36,324 bases of DNA from assembly GCA_051942245.1 (NCBI GenBank), contig JAVECL010000203.1, positions 1 through 36,324 of the forward strand, written 5' to 3'. Made by a program: the position numbers and the translations under genes. Source of the stretch: Trypethelium eluteriae (taxonomy: Eukaryota). A model generated the notes under the pieces. It was given only the letters and a program-made list of their open reading frames with translations, did no database searches and was not told the origin of the DNA. Below, piece by piece: positions 1 through 11,473 of the stretch (within the stretch, counting starts at the first letter, position 1; each line of letters opens with the position of its first letter).

Positions 1-1742
1 GAGGAAATGTGCTGGTGGACGTGGACTTTCGAGGGAAAGGTGAGGGCGTAGAGAAAGTAGCGGTCACAGTTCATGAGGCGGGAGAAGGGGTGAAGGGAAC
101 AATGGACAGCGCCGGGAGGATACTATTGGGAGATTTGAGAGACGGTCGGAGCAGTTTGGACAAGAAGCTTGATCGCTTCGCAGCAAACCTGGAAAGGCTG
201 GCACGATTGGATATGTTGAGTCGGACGCAGGACGGATTCAATTGCTACGATGCGATTGCGGGGGTTTATACGAGCTTGCAACGCTTATATGAGCATCAAT
301 TCAAGATGGCGGCCGAGATGTTTAAAGAGCACCCGAATGCAGTGGAAAGAGCCGGACGAGAAGTCATGTGCAAGAAGAGTGGAAGACCAAGAATGCATGC
401 GGAAAGAATGATTGGACTCAGTCTGGACTACTGGCAATGCAAGAAAGATGAGGAATTATCACGGAAAAATGGCCCAAGCATTCATCGAAAACGTGGCTCG
501 GCATTGGAGATTGATCCAACCCAACAGCAAGCAGAAGACGAAGACGACCTAGGGAGTGCTCGCGGTCTCTTCAGCCTCTTGATTGAAGCCGAGCCTTCTC
601 CTGCTTCTCTATATCCTCCAGTTCGTACTTCCAATCGTTGGCTCTCGGATACGGTTGAGAAGAGGCCTGTAGAGCATTCTGCAGACCTGGACGAACTCCT
701 GAGCGGAGCGGCAAACCAACCGGTCATTGATTGGCAAGAACCCCCCCAGACCTACTTGGTCAATGCATCCACAGGTGCTGCTGGCGAGAATGGTGACGCC
801 ATGAGTCTTGATGCGCCACCCGGCAGTCTTGAAAGGTTACCTAATGTTAGATTCAAGGCAAAGCTGAACCCGCCAATCGTACTGCCACTGACTCTTGCAG
901 CACAAATGCTGCACCAAGTCGAGACAGCCATACCGCAGGAGACTATCAGGCCCACAAATTTTGAAACAATGATCCTTCAGCAAACATATGCGTCCGCGTC
1001 TGATGCGAGTATCTCTGTAAACGGACTCAGAAAGACAGCGTCCGAAAAGATCATCCTTATCCCTGGGTCGACAGACAATGAAAACGCAGAGATCCAACAT
1101 CACTACTCACTTTTAGTACCAAAATCGATAGAATATGGACGTTTCCTGGAAGAGCTGCCATTCTTCCACCCGAGACAGATTGTCGAGCTTTTGCCCATTC
1201 TCCGGCGATATGCCTTCTTAGGCTCGCTCCTCCAATCCGCGTTTGCTACCTCCTCTCCATCTAATCCCAGTCGCCGAAAATCAAGTCGTACTAGTGGGAC
1301 CGCTAAGCCTCCAGTGGACGATCTCGAGTTCATTGACAGCATTGAGGACACCAACGGAGCCAACGGCGTTCACCACACGTTTGACGAGGTTCACAATCTA
1401 GACTTGATGGCTCTAAACACTACGAATCATGACGAGGACCAAGAGACGTTACCAGTCAACGTCTCTCTTCTCTCGGCTTCGCCACCCTCACTCGATGTGA
1501 CCTTCCAAATGAGCGGCTCTCGTTGGGTCAGCGTTACTTTCGAACTTCTAGCCAATGCCGAAATTAATATCATCGCACAAAATCTGGTATCCGAGCCTGC
1601 AGAGGCATTGAGTGACGAGCAGAGTCAGGATGCCGAATCTCGATGCATGAGACAAGTGCAGGGCATTGCAAGAGCACTTGAGTTGTCCGGGGACATTGGA
1701 CTCTGGGTGGAGTGGATGAGGGGAAATTTTGGAGGTAGGTAG
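1..1742 (+). CDS. MED1: Mediator of RNA polymerase II transcription subunit 1 (5'-truncated; start lies upstream of the window)
   Basis: Frame is open from base 3 to TAG at 1740-1742. Motifs recognised from Pezizomycotina Med1: VDVDF, FAANLERLARLDMLS, FNCYDAIAGVYTSLQRLY, EVMCKKSGRPRMH, IGLSLDYW, LPFFHPRQIVELLPILRRYA, C-terminal ALELSGDIGLWVEWMR. Confidence 0.85.
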   Translation, partial: GNVLVDVDFRGKGEGVEKVAVTVHEAGEGVKGTMDSAGRILLGDLRDGRSSLDKKLDRFAANLERLARLDMLSRTQDGFNCYDAIAGVYTSLQRLYEHQFKMAAEMFKEHPNAVERAGREVMCKKSGRPRMHAERMIGLSLDYWQCKKDEELSRKNGPSIHRKRGSALEIDPTQQQAEDEDDLGSARGLFSLLIEAEPSPASLYPPVRTSNRWLSDTVEKRPVEHSADLDELLSGAANQPVIDWQEPPQTYLVNASTGAAGENGDAMSLDAPPGSLERLPNVRFKAKLNPPIVLPLTLAAQMLHQVETAIPQETIRPTNFETMILQQTYASASDASISVNGLRKTASEKIILIPGSTDNENAEIQHHYSLLVPKSIEYGRFLEELPFFHPRQIVELLPILRRYAFLGSLLQSAFATSSPSNPSRRKSSRTSGTAKPPVDDLEFIDSIEDTNGANGVHHTFDEVHNLDLMALNTTNHDEDQETLPVNVSLLSASPPSLDVTFQMSGSRWVSVTFELLANAEINIIAQNLVSEPAEALSDEQSQDAESRCMRQVQGIARALELSGDIGLWVEWMRGNFGGR

Positions 1743-2563
1743 CATAGGATGTGTGGCTGTGCCACCTAGTTGACCTACCTTGTCTTTCTTGTTTGCTGGA
1801 TCATAAAGGCTTGTAATTACCAGGTCTACTGTTCTCACTATCTCTAACGTATTTGATGACTGCGTCAACGTCACATACTCACTCATACCTGCAGGTTCTC
1901 GCCACTAGAGGAAAGAATAAGCAATGTTGGTGTTATTAGCCTGTTAGGCCCAATCGACTTTGGAACCATGATAGGTTTGAGGGTCCCTCCTGGTTTAATC
2001 TTTTTCGTGTCAGACCAGAGAGCTCAGTAGGACGTTGAGTAGGAATCCGTGAAAGATCTTCCTAATAGCCTATCCTGGATTTGTACTGTACAATCCCGGA
2101 GGGCCTCAATGATTCTTTATCTCGAGGCTTGGTGTGGTCTACCAACATTTCTTATTACATACCTTGTTGACGTTTTTCAGCGGACGATAAATTTAGTGAG
2201 TGCTGAACCTGGGTTCTTCGGGTGAGTCGCAAATTCTCCTCATGTTGTGAGATCTCCTTCACTCAATCCTACCGCTCTCACTCAGTCTTCGGAAATGAGT
2301 CTCCGCTTTGAGATTACATGCACAGTATCGAATATGGCCCTTTAGATTTGAAGTTATTTCGGCAATCCCGCCAATATTACACCAATCTACGTGGTGTGCT
2401 TTTAGCAACTTAGCTTACGTATAACTTTCCTTAGTCACAAGTAAGACACACTTTTGGGTTGAATATTCATCGATTCGGCAGTGCAATTATCACTTGTCAG
2501 AGTACTACCAATTAAATGCCCCTCCATTATCATCGATCTAGCGTAGGTATCTTGCACTCTGAA

Positions 2564-2570
2564 TATAAAA
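2564..2570 (+). promoter_or_regulatory. TATA box candidate for the subtilase gene
   Basis: TATAAAA about 80 bp upstream of ATG 2648. Confidence 0.4.
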
Positions 2571-2647
2571 GTAGAGACATTTGTCCTTCATTGGGAATTC
2601 TCGCTTCGCTAGTTTACCCTCAATTCGTGGTTCTTCACATTCTTAAG

Positions 2648-4329
2648 ATGGCCTTCTTTACGATACTCGTTACACTCTTAGTCTTGCTATCTGAAGTACT
2701 GGGCTATACCAACTTGCCACTGACGCCTGCCTCATCCAGGAACACGACACATCCGGACACAGAGCGCCCGTTCTCTTCGAGAACTTCCTCGAGCACCCAT
2801 CATTCAACCACATCGTCTACACTTTCTACGTCACCTGAGACAAAGACCTCCAACTCAACGGACTCGACCTCGGGCACTCCGGAGCCATTCCTGCTTTTCT
2901 TCCAGCCGGGGACCGCACTGCACGTTTTTCAATCTTACGTAGCCAAATTGCCTTTCCACGGCGGTGAAACCCTCCAGCTAGGGTCTGAGTGGACATTAAG
3001 GCTTGTTTATCTGACCAATCTCACGCAGGCAGAGGTTGACGCGCGCAAAAATGATACCATCATTGACATCATAATACCTGATGGTGATGTTCCCTCAGAA
3101 GCGCAAAATGCTCCGAATATGAAGCGCGCTGATTCCCCAACGAACAACCCCAATGTGTGGCGACGGGATCCTTCCACAAATGCCCTTAACATATTATCAA
3201 AGGAAAAGGACATCCCGCATAGTGAAGATTTCAACAGCTATCTTTTCCATCCGTCTCGTGGATTTGGTACAACTATCTACAACTTAGACTATGGTATCAA
3301 TTTGCATCATAGTGAATTTCAGGATCGAGGAGAAGGAGTGGTGACAGACGGATGGGTCATGCCCAACCCCTTCACGGGCGGAGATCAAGCGACGGAGGGT
3401 CCGGACAGATTCAAAGACTGGTCCAATTGGGATGACAATATCCATGAATATACAGGGCACGGAACGGCAACCGCATCCATTGCTGTCGGGAAGACTCTGG
3501 GAGTCGCGTCAAGAGCTAACTTAATGGTAGCAAAGACCTCAAATGGAAAGTCGGTGCCTGGAGCGGTCCCTCCCGATGCACTTGTCGAAAATGTCGGTGC
3601 GAAGAGACATACCATAGATTTCCTACTTCAGTACATCATCGGAGATGTCAGGCAAAAAAATTTGCAAAGAAAAGCTGTTGTGTTGACAACTATAACAGCA
3701 TATTGGAACCCAAATCCTCTTCTTAATGGAGATGATCAATACGAGCTGATCTGGAAGAGATTCCTGGATGACTGTATGAAGTTGGACATTGTCGTAGTCA
3801 TCGCGATGGGAAATTATGGAAACAAGTGGAGATACCGCATGGGGGAGGGCCCTGTTAATGATCCGCCTGACAGGCTCCGAATACCCTGGGCTGGCGATTG
3901 TGAAATGCCAGCTCGACTTGCATCCTCTTATCCAAATATGATTACCGTCGGTGGAGTCAACGCCAATGGTTCTCTCAACATCAAAAGCACTCCTGGCGGA
4001 GGCTACCCAAAGGTACCGATCACTGTATATGCTCAATCCAGGGATGTGCGAGTGGCTTTGAACTATAAGAATACAGGAACGGAGTTGCTCGATGGCACTA
4101 GTTTTGCAGCCCCAGCAATTGCTGGCTTGGTAGCCTATTTTTTAGGTCTACCAGACGACGTGACAGGATTTGCAAACTCTCAATCCTTTTTCCAGGATGT
4201 TGTCCACATGGTTCAATCTAATGCATGGCAACGGGTACCTTCGGACGAGTTGATTACCTTCCCGGCAGATCAATTGAATTACGACTTGCCTAGTTCTGTC
4301 AATGTTGCGTACAATAGTATTTGGAAGAG
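2648..4329 (+). CDS. First S8 subtilase unit: signal peptide, degenerate prodomain and catalytic domain (exon 1 of the tandem model)
   Basis: Within ORF 2516..4342. Asp/His/Ser catalytic motifs as above; KR site at 3122-3127 before the catalytic region. Confidence 0.92.
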
Positions 4330-6977
4330 GCGAGTCCGCTGACCGATTCGATGCCCGAATTTGAAGCCCTCGTGCTGACTATGTTTTTTAGTTTCTGCAA
4401 TGCCGCCATGGGTGGGCTCCCCAAGATCAAGCGAGACCCTCCAGCCGTTCAGGATACCTCTAAGACCCAAGATTCATCCAATGATAGTATGACTATGACA
4501 CTCCCAGATCTAGGGGCTACTGATGTACCCGTCATTTTGAACGGCACCGTGCAACCGGGGTTTTCGAATCTCTTCGCCGTATGTAATGAAAAGCAATTAA
4601 ACTTACTACAATTCTGACGCTCCAAAAACAAAAATAGGCCGCTTGCCCTACACGACATAACGCCAGTGACACGAAGAATGCAGGTAAATAGTGCCAAAAT
4701 GCTCTAATACTTTCAAGGACATTGAAAAGGGTACCAGAGTATCCAATAAGAACTGATCTCCAAGTAGGGAATACGACCTCACCGTCAGACTGTCCACGGC
4801 TCCCTCCGAGTGATCCAGCATATGTTTCAAATTCGTTTGAGAATACAACTGCCCTGAAACAATGGTTGATCATTAGCGAATGGGGAGTCTCCATGGACTG
4901 GTTTGATGCATACATCGGAAAACACAACGGGACGAGCTGCTTCAACACCTACACAAGAACAAATCACTTTTCAGACTTTCATGTTGCTAACATGTATCTG
5001 ACAGTCCAAGACGCACAGTCACTAACGAAAAATACGAATATCAGTGCTGTTGGATTATCAACCATGAACGTAACTGGGGATAGCAACGAAAAGCGCGCTG
5101 GAACCCCACACGAAGCCAATCCACAGCTTGACCTACTGAGACCAGCTGCTACGCAGCTCTCAATGTTATGTCGAGACTTGAACAACGAGTACAGCGACCA
5201 CTCTGATGGCTACCTCCACGATCCATCGCTTGGCAAAGGCATATCGGTCTATGTCTTGGATTCTGGCTACAATTCGGACCATGAAGAATTCGAGAATCGG
5301 CCTCTTAACAATATTCACCCTTGGTCAGCTCCACCCCTTCATGACAACGAGGAGGGCGTTAGCGAAGATTGGGAATCTGGTGGGTCGGAATACGCCACGA
5401 ATATCTATTGGGACGAGTATAGCTGGGACGATGAGGAAGGATATTATAAGGGACATGGCAACGCCGTGGCCTCAATCATCGGAGGAGCAAGCATTGGGGT
5501 TGCACCTCGTGCAGATTTGTTTATCATGCGATGGACTGTACCTGTACAGGATCCGCATACCAAGAGATATTCAGTGCCGTCAAATCCGGATCCTGCTCAT
5601 CTATCAGATGCTATGGAGTACATCATTGACGATGTGAAGCAGAGCGGCATAGGGCCCTCCAAGAACAAAAAGGCAGTCATCAACTTCTCCTGGACTATTC
5701 AGACTACGGCTGGCCCTAGGCTTGACGACAGAGGATTTACTCGCGACATTTCTCTGGCACTTTGGGAGAATTTTGCTAAACAGTGCAAGCAGCATGAAGT
5801 AATTCTGGTTTTCGGGACTGGCAACTGGGGGAACTACTGGTACGTCCCAGATTCATATCCACCCCCAGCCCAGGAACCTACCAATATCGACAATCCGCGG
5901 CCCTATTCCCTCGACTTCTTAGCACCTCAAAGTCTCGGAACAGACGATAATGAACTCATCACTGTCGGCGGGGTCGAATCCAACGGTACCCTCTACTTTC
6001 GGACCACTCCAAAAATTCAAGGTAATGGAGGGGCTGGGTCGATATCTATTTACGCTCTCGCCGCAGGATCCAAGCAAGCCAGAAATGCACGCCTGTCGGA
6101 GATCCCGGGAGCCACGGAAAATACCAAGATTGGATTTGAAACGCGATCAGGAACAAGTTTCGCTGCTCCGGTAGTGAGTGGACTTGTAGCTGTATGTACT
6201 CAATCTGTATATCGCGTTGGCTGTAACTGACCACGATTTTGTAGTACCTCCTTGCGTTGCAGAACGATCCTACCATGGATACTGTAAAGAATGCTGCCAA
6301 CTTTCCTTTGGCGATGAAGCAGCAGATTGTCCATATGGGACACGTACTCAACACCAAAACCCCACTCTATGGACCAGGTGGAGCGATCCTGAATTTTCCA
6401 AATACAGATCTCAATTACGCGGATGATGTCCCACGCTCATTGCTCATTGCTTATAACGGCGCATACGATGGTATGACAAGTTCACTCCGTCTTTCGACTG
6501 TGTGGTAGATTGGCTTGCTAAATATTAAACTTAGGTCTCTGCATCGCTCCACCAAACCCTACGAGAGAGAAGCGCGACAGCAGCACGTCCGCCAGCACTA
6601 TCCAGAGCCAAACAGCCATAGAAAATATGGAAAACGTCACGGCGACGGCAAGCATGGACGCCAACGTCACTACAATCCCAATGCTACGCAACCACGAATT
6701 CGTCAATGCCTGGGACGAGTGGGACATGACGGGCTGTGGATGTCTCAACGATCCCAGGGGCGTGCAAGATGGCATTAACTGCAGTTACCCGCATGCATCA
6801 AATTTGACATACGAATCCGGGCATTTAATGAATCCTTCGACATCGTCGTCACCCACATCTGCAGGGACGACTTTGTCGACTTCAGTCATGCGGTGTCCAC
6901 CCGGCAACATGCCCGTGGGATTGGGAGACACCAGTACCTCTGCTACTGTGTGCACTCCCCTTCCCACCACTTTCTGA
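2648..6977 (+). CDS. Secreted tandem double subtilisin-like (S8) serine protease. Model: join(2648..4329,4392..4578,4638..4683,4768..6191,6245..6470,6535..6977), ~1335 aa. Alternative in-frame acceptors at 4737 or 4764.
   Basis: Signal peptide MAFFTILVTLLVLLSEVLG, then a Ser/Thr-rich linker. Domain 1: YNLDYG / GHGTATASIAVG / GTSFAAPAIAG, oxyanion MGN. Domain 2: YVLDSG / GHGNAVASIIGG / GTSFAAPVVSG, oxyanion TGN. All five proposed introns have donor, branch and acceptor signals and keep the frame. The S8 identity is near certain; the fusion into one gene is an inference. Confidence 0.75.
4330..4391 (+). other. GC-AG spliceosomal intron (62 nt)
   Basis: AAGAG|GCGAGT donor, GCTGAC branch (~4374-4379), TTTTTTAG acceptor. 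Removal deletes the TGA at 4340 and gives AYNSIWKSFC...KIKRD, parallel to unit 2 AYNGAYDGLC...EKRD. Confidence 0.75.
4768..6977 (+). CDS. Second S8 subtilase unit, no signal peptide of its own; introns 6192..6244 and 6471..6534
   Basis: ORF 4722..6230 breaks after VVSGLVA at GTATGT (6192), with branch AACTGAC and TAG at 6244. It resumes as YLLALQND, matching unit 1 AGLVAYFLGLPDD. A second intron GTATGA...GCTAAAT...TAG joins AYNGAYDG to LCIAPPNPTREKRD... ending at TGA 6975-6977. Confidence 0.9.
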
Positions 6978-8375
6978 GATGCCAGCAGTAGTAGCAGTGA
7001 TGTCTAGTGTTTGGATCTAACACACAGCGATTCTGCGCTTCTTTGTTTCATACTATACTTGTTAAGGGAGGGCACTACAGACAGAGGCGTAGTACCTAAA
7101 CCTTCTTCTTCACCTTCTTTAGGTAGCTTTAGATCTCTTCATTTCAGACTAGCAATACAATGACTTGTACACAACCTTTTGTCCCATCGAGCAGCCCGTA
7201 CGATATTCTTGCTCTTAGTCGATCTTTGCAGATTATGCACCGGGATATAATTTCTCTCGGCGATGCATCTAGCCCGATTATGCTATATGCTCATTAATCA
7301 GTACAGGTCTAGTATTACGAGCCAAATTCTTCATTTGGTGCTGTCAGTCCGACAACTTTTGCCCTATCTTGTGCTTGTTGTTCAATCTGATACCATGACT
7401 TTGAATTGGTATCGAGTCACAGACAAGAAGGATCTTTGTGAGCCATAGAACCCCTCAACCAGAAGCTCCGATGCGATAGCTGGGCGTAGCATCATTGTAT
7501 CATTACTTGAATGGTCGTCATTTTAATACTTTGACAGAATAGGCGAAAACAAGTAGCATATAGCGTATGTTGCTGTCCACATCCCATTAGCACGTGGGGC
7601 TAAATGGCGCCTGGGCAAAATTGCTCCTTACTCTCAGCTCCTTCTATCCTTCCTCTCATGTCTTGATCTCGACTGCTTGAAGACGGATACTATTGCTGCT
7701 CTGTAATGCTTAGCTTATTCCCTGAAGAATCATTCATATGAAGCAAAGGCGCGTGCAAGAAAATGCAACAATGGACTAACCAGGCCCATAAAGATCCAGT
7801 TGACTACAGACTTTCCGTACTGATTAACCGGGCGGGGCATCGAAATGCGCCATGACAGCTCCATTCAACTTCCACGATAATTCTCGCTGGGCCACAAGCT
7901 CGACGAGACTCTGCATCTGTAGCGCTCGGCAGTCATTCAATTTTTGCCATATCTTGAATCTTGATGACTACTTTGCCAAGTTGCTCGATGAACAGTGCTG
8001 CGTTTTTGAGAGGACATTAAGTCGAGTCCCCTCTTCTTTGGTGAAAATTGTCCCTCATTAGGATAATAATCTCTTAAGCTCCTTGGCAAGCTTTCTTTGT
8101 TCCCCCAAACAAAGAAGTCTCTTTTGGTCATTGTCTCCTTTACAGCGTTCTCCAAAAGTTGTTGAGATCTTCCTTTCTCACAATCCCTAAGAGTTCCTAA
8201 TGTGTGCATCACAAATTCCTTCAGAAGTATTTCTTAACCTGATAATGCCGTATCATGGATTCTCCACTTCCAGTGTCATTCGCTCGCATCGCCATTTTGC
8301 CTGGAGCAAGCTCGGCAGACTATTCACTCGCTCATTTCGCTTCGTCGGAAGTCATTATTTCCCCCTGAATTACTT

Positions 8376-9719
8376 ATGACCTCACGTATTCCTGATGAGC
8401 TTCCGCTGTGTCAGGGGAGAAAGCAGTATGGCCAACGAAACAGGAGGAGAGTCGTTTGGAACCAAGTTTGGGATGGAGTTGCTCGCGTTCTTGTGCATGT
8501 AATTCTTATTGTTGAATGGGTACAAGAGCAGCTTGAACATCTATTCTGGAGCGATTCTGATGAGCATACAGTGCTGGAACCCCGAGACATGGAAAATGGA
8601 AACGGCAATCGGCATATGAAAACTTTTCCGGAGCCAGTCACAGACCTAAATGTTCCAGCGGTAAGCCATAGTCTCAGAAAAGAAGGTGACCAAGAGCACT
8701 GCTATAATGATCGGCTTCGTACATCTCCCCTAACGATGCCTTTGGCGCAAGATGAGATTTCGGCCATCGCTGAAGCTCCCAGGGAAGAAGCCCAATCACA
8801 AGCGCTACACTTTCTCACGCGTCCAATCCGGCATTTGTCGCAAGCATTGTTGGGTAAGACCCTTGGTTCTGAGGACACCACTTCTAGCTCATCATTCTGG
8901 CAGTGCATTGGCGTGGGTCGGAGCCAAGATAGCCGCATGTCCCAAAGGAATGCACCTTCATGGGTCTTTGGGCGATCAACGCATCAGGAGGACCGAGAAG
9001 AGACGCAGAGAGGCTCCGTCAGTACATATGTTATCTCAGACAGCACATCCGAGGCGGGTTCCACGGAGCAGAAGAATGCTGACACTGCGAGGAATTGGAA
9101 CGCGATTGAACTTCCGTTTTCGAATCAGCGGCTGAGTTTCTGGGTTGCCGAAGAAGGCGTCATTCGCTCGCGCGTAATTGAACAGACTGGTTTGATGCCA
9201 GAGTCCTACCACAATCTACGAAACAAAAAATCGGATGATTCATTCGAAGTAACGACTCGTTACATTGCTGCTTATGATGAGTTTAAGCACAGCCTGACGA
9301 GCTCAGATATTTTACATGGGCCGTCTCAGGTGGTGGCCCCCTTTGTAACCGATACAATTCTTCCCTCCACCGTATTTTCGGATAAGTCGACCTTCAAATA
9401 CTCTCAAGTCAAGAGCTCGGCTGAGAGCAAAGTTCCCAACAGAGAAGCTTGCGAGCTTTTGATGGATCCAGGGAAGTCCGCTTTACCTCCACGGCCGCGA
9501 AGTATGAGTTTAGGGTGTGAACTCGGAAGAATCTCCCTTGCGTCTCTTAGCACTGTCTACCAGTATGATCCCGAGAAGAGAGAGTTCCTGGTTCGATCGC
9601 CTGAAGAGAATAACGAACGTCCGATAACCATAGTCCGCAATTATGTGGAGGCTAACAACCGGCAGGTCGCGGAGGCGCAGCAGAAGCTGGTGGCGAATGG
9701 TGGAAAATTTGTACGGTAG
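8376..9719 (+). CDS. Hypothetical protein, 447 aa, no recognised domain
   Basis: 1.34-kb uninterrupted ATG-initiated ORF. Short hydrophobic stretch near the N-terminus (VARVLVHVILIVEWV). AATAAA ~50 bp downstream. No family recognised. Confidence 0.6.
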   Translation: MTSRIPDELPLCQGRKQYGQRNRRRVVWNQVWDGVARVLVHVILIVEWVQEQLEHLFWSDSDEHTVLEPRDMENGNGNRHMKTFPEPVTDLNVPAVSHSLRKEGDQEHCYNDRLRTSPLTMPLAQDEISAIAEAPREEAQSQALHFLTRPIRHLSQALLGKTLGSEDTTSSSSFWQCIGVGRSQDSRMSQRNAPSWVFGRSTHQEDREETQRGSVSTYVISDSTSEAGSTEQKNADTARNWNAIELPFSNQRLSFWVAEEGVIRSRVIEQTGLMPESYHNLRNKKSDDSFEVTTRYIAAYDEFKHSLTSSDILHGPSQVVAPFVTDTILPSTVFSDKSTFKYSQVKSSAESKVPNREACELLMDPGKSALPPRPRSMSLGCELGRISLASLSTVYQYDPEKREFLVRSPEENNERPITIVRNYVEANNRQVAEAQQKLVANGGKFVR

Positions 9720-11473
9720 GCCAATTGCTCCTGACGACTCCGTCAATAATTGCAATTTCTGATGATAATGAATAAAATGACTTCTATAAGCTACCTTGTC
9801 CTATCATGATACCTTTCGACTCGCGTCTCCCTTTGAACAAGCCAAATAACCTAGTGATAGTGTTGCCATGAATCATCTAAGCCTGTCTACATACGGGAAC
9901 ACCCAGATGTGCACTATAGCAACTCCCCTAATATCGTAGAACATCCTCAGGAAGCAGAACAGTCCTTGGACGCTTAGATATTGCACCTAGGTAGATGAAA
10001 AGGAGATCTTTTGCTCTTTAGGTAGTCAACAAGCGTTCGTCGCCCGACTTAAGACTCGACAGCGATACCGATGGGATAACCCAAATCTGTAGGGAATTTC
10101 CCAATGCTTTTAGAGCAGTAATACTTCCGGAAATTGATTTCTTAAAGAAGTTTATGTATTCTATGGCTTGTTAGACCTGTATAGAACAGGGATTAATGAG
10201 TGGTAGGTGTTAGCTCATATTGCGAAGAGTTTGATGGAGCCTAACTTCAAGGGCACGAGATGGATAGAGAATGTACAGCTAAGACTTTCTCACTGACGAA
10301 GTTCAAAGACAATCGCGGTAGCTGATATGTTATGAGCGCGGCTGCATTTTGTTGATATTAGGTGAGGAGCTCTCCATAGCCCGAAGGATTCCATGGGAGC
10401 CTCCGAATTGATGGAGAAACAACAGCTTTATGAGATATATCTTGTTCACGGCTCTTGGAAGGGCCAAAGGTCGCGAGGCTCAGCATCAATTGGATGCCTG
10501 ATGACTTTAGCTGGTTCGACTTTTACGATGAGGAAGGCTGAGGATGAGGGCTTGTTCGTCATTGCAGATAGTAGGTTCATCAGCTTATGATTGCACAGAG
10601 AGACATTTTGCAACTCCATTGTAAGGCGTGAAGGTATCTGCGGGTTCAACGGCGGCTATGCCAACTTAGTTGGACGCAGATGTTGCTGCAGCGGAACCAT
10701 TTGGGCTGCATCGCATGAGAACAAGGGACACTGAGTAATCCAGTCAAGATGGGCGACTAGAATTGCCTCAGCTGCGGATGAATGTAGCGCGGTCCATTCG
10801 TTGCACGGCTACCGTGGAATCCACAGGGATCACCGTTCCACCGGCTCAACTCCAGAGATTTCATTTCTATGGAAGTCTTTCGAGCTCAAGAGTTCCTAGA
10901 CTACCCAGTCATTTCCTCCATATCCTGAGAGGCTGACACATGAAGACTGACTCGATAAGTGATGCCCTGTCGATGGTAGCGATCTCTGAATAGGACTTTA
11001 GGATCGTGAAAGACCCGCTGTTTTGAGAGCAAACATGTGCTCTAACAATGTAAGGCAAGTGCCGAGAGAATGCGCCGACTATTCGGTCCTTTAGCAGTAC
11101 TCTGGAACTTGAAGTAGCCACCAGAACCGTGGCAACTTGCTGTTAATGGCTTTGCGAGGAAGATGAGAGGGACATCGGGATCGCGGGTTCAAAGTTTTGG
11201 CGGAGTAGGCTCAAAATTCAGAAACTTTGTTCTAAATTATCACTGCCCACTAGAAGATCCTCCGTGCCACCTTGGTGTTCGCTTGAGCCTCGCCATTCAA
11301 ATTCTCCAACCCATCAAATCCTCAGAATCATTCCGCACTATGCATTTCGGGTACCCCAATGTAACCCAGTATCTCTCGAAAGCTAAGTCAGACTGACCTT
11401 CACCGCTCCATCATGACACGCTGCGGTGTTTAACCACTGTGATCACTAGGCCGGAAGATCCTTCCATAGGTAT

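Noticed and set aside
2516..2647. N-terminal extension of the subtilase ORF from ATG 2516
   Set aside because: The signal peptide starts at ATG 2648 and a TATAAAA lies inside the extension.
4689..4691. Stop-codon readthrough or A-to-I editing of the TAG between protease units
   Set aside because: A good CAG|GTAAAT donor with in-frame acceptors explains it more simply.
7800..8230. Possible degraded minus-strand gene (short protein-like frames with stops)
   Set aside because: No recognisable motif or consistent splice model; indistinguishable from chance.
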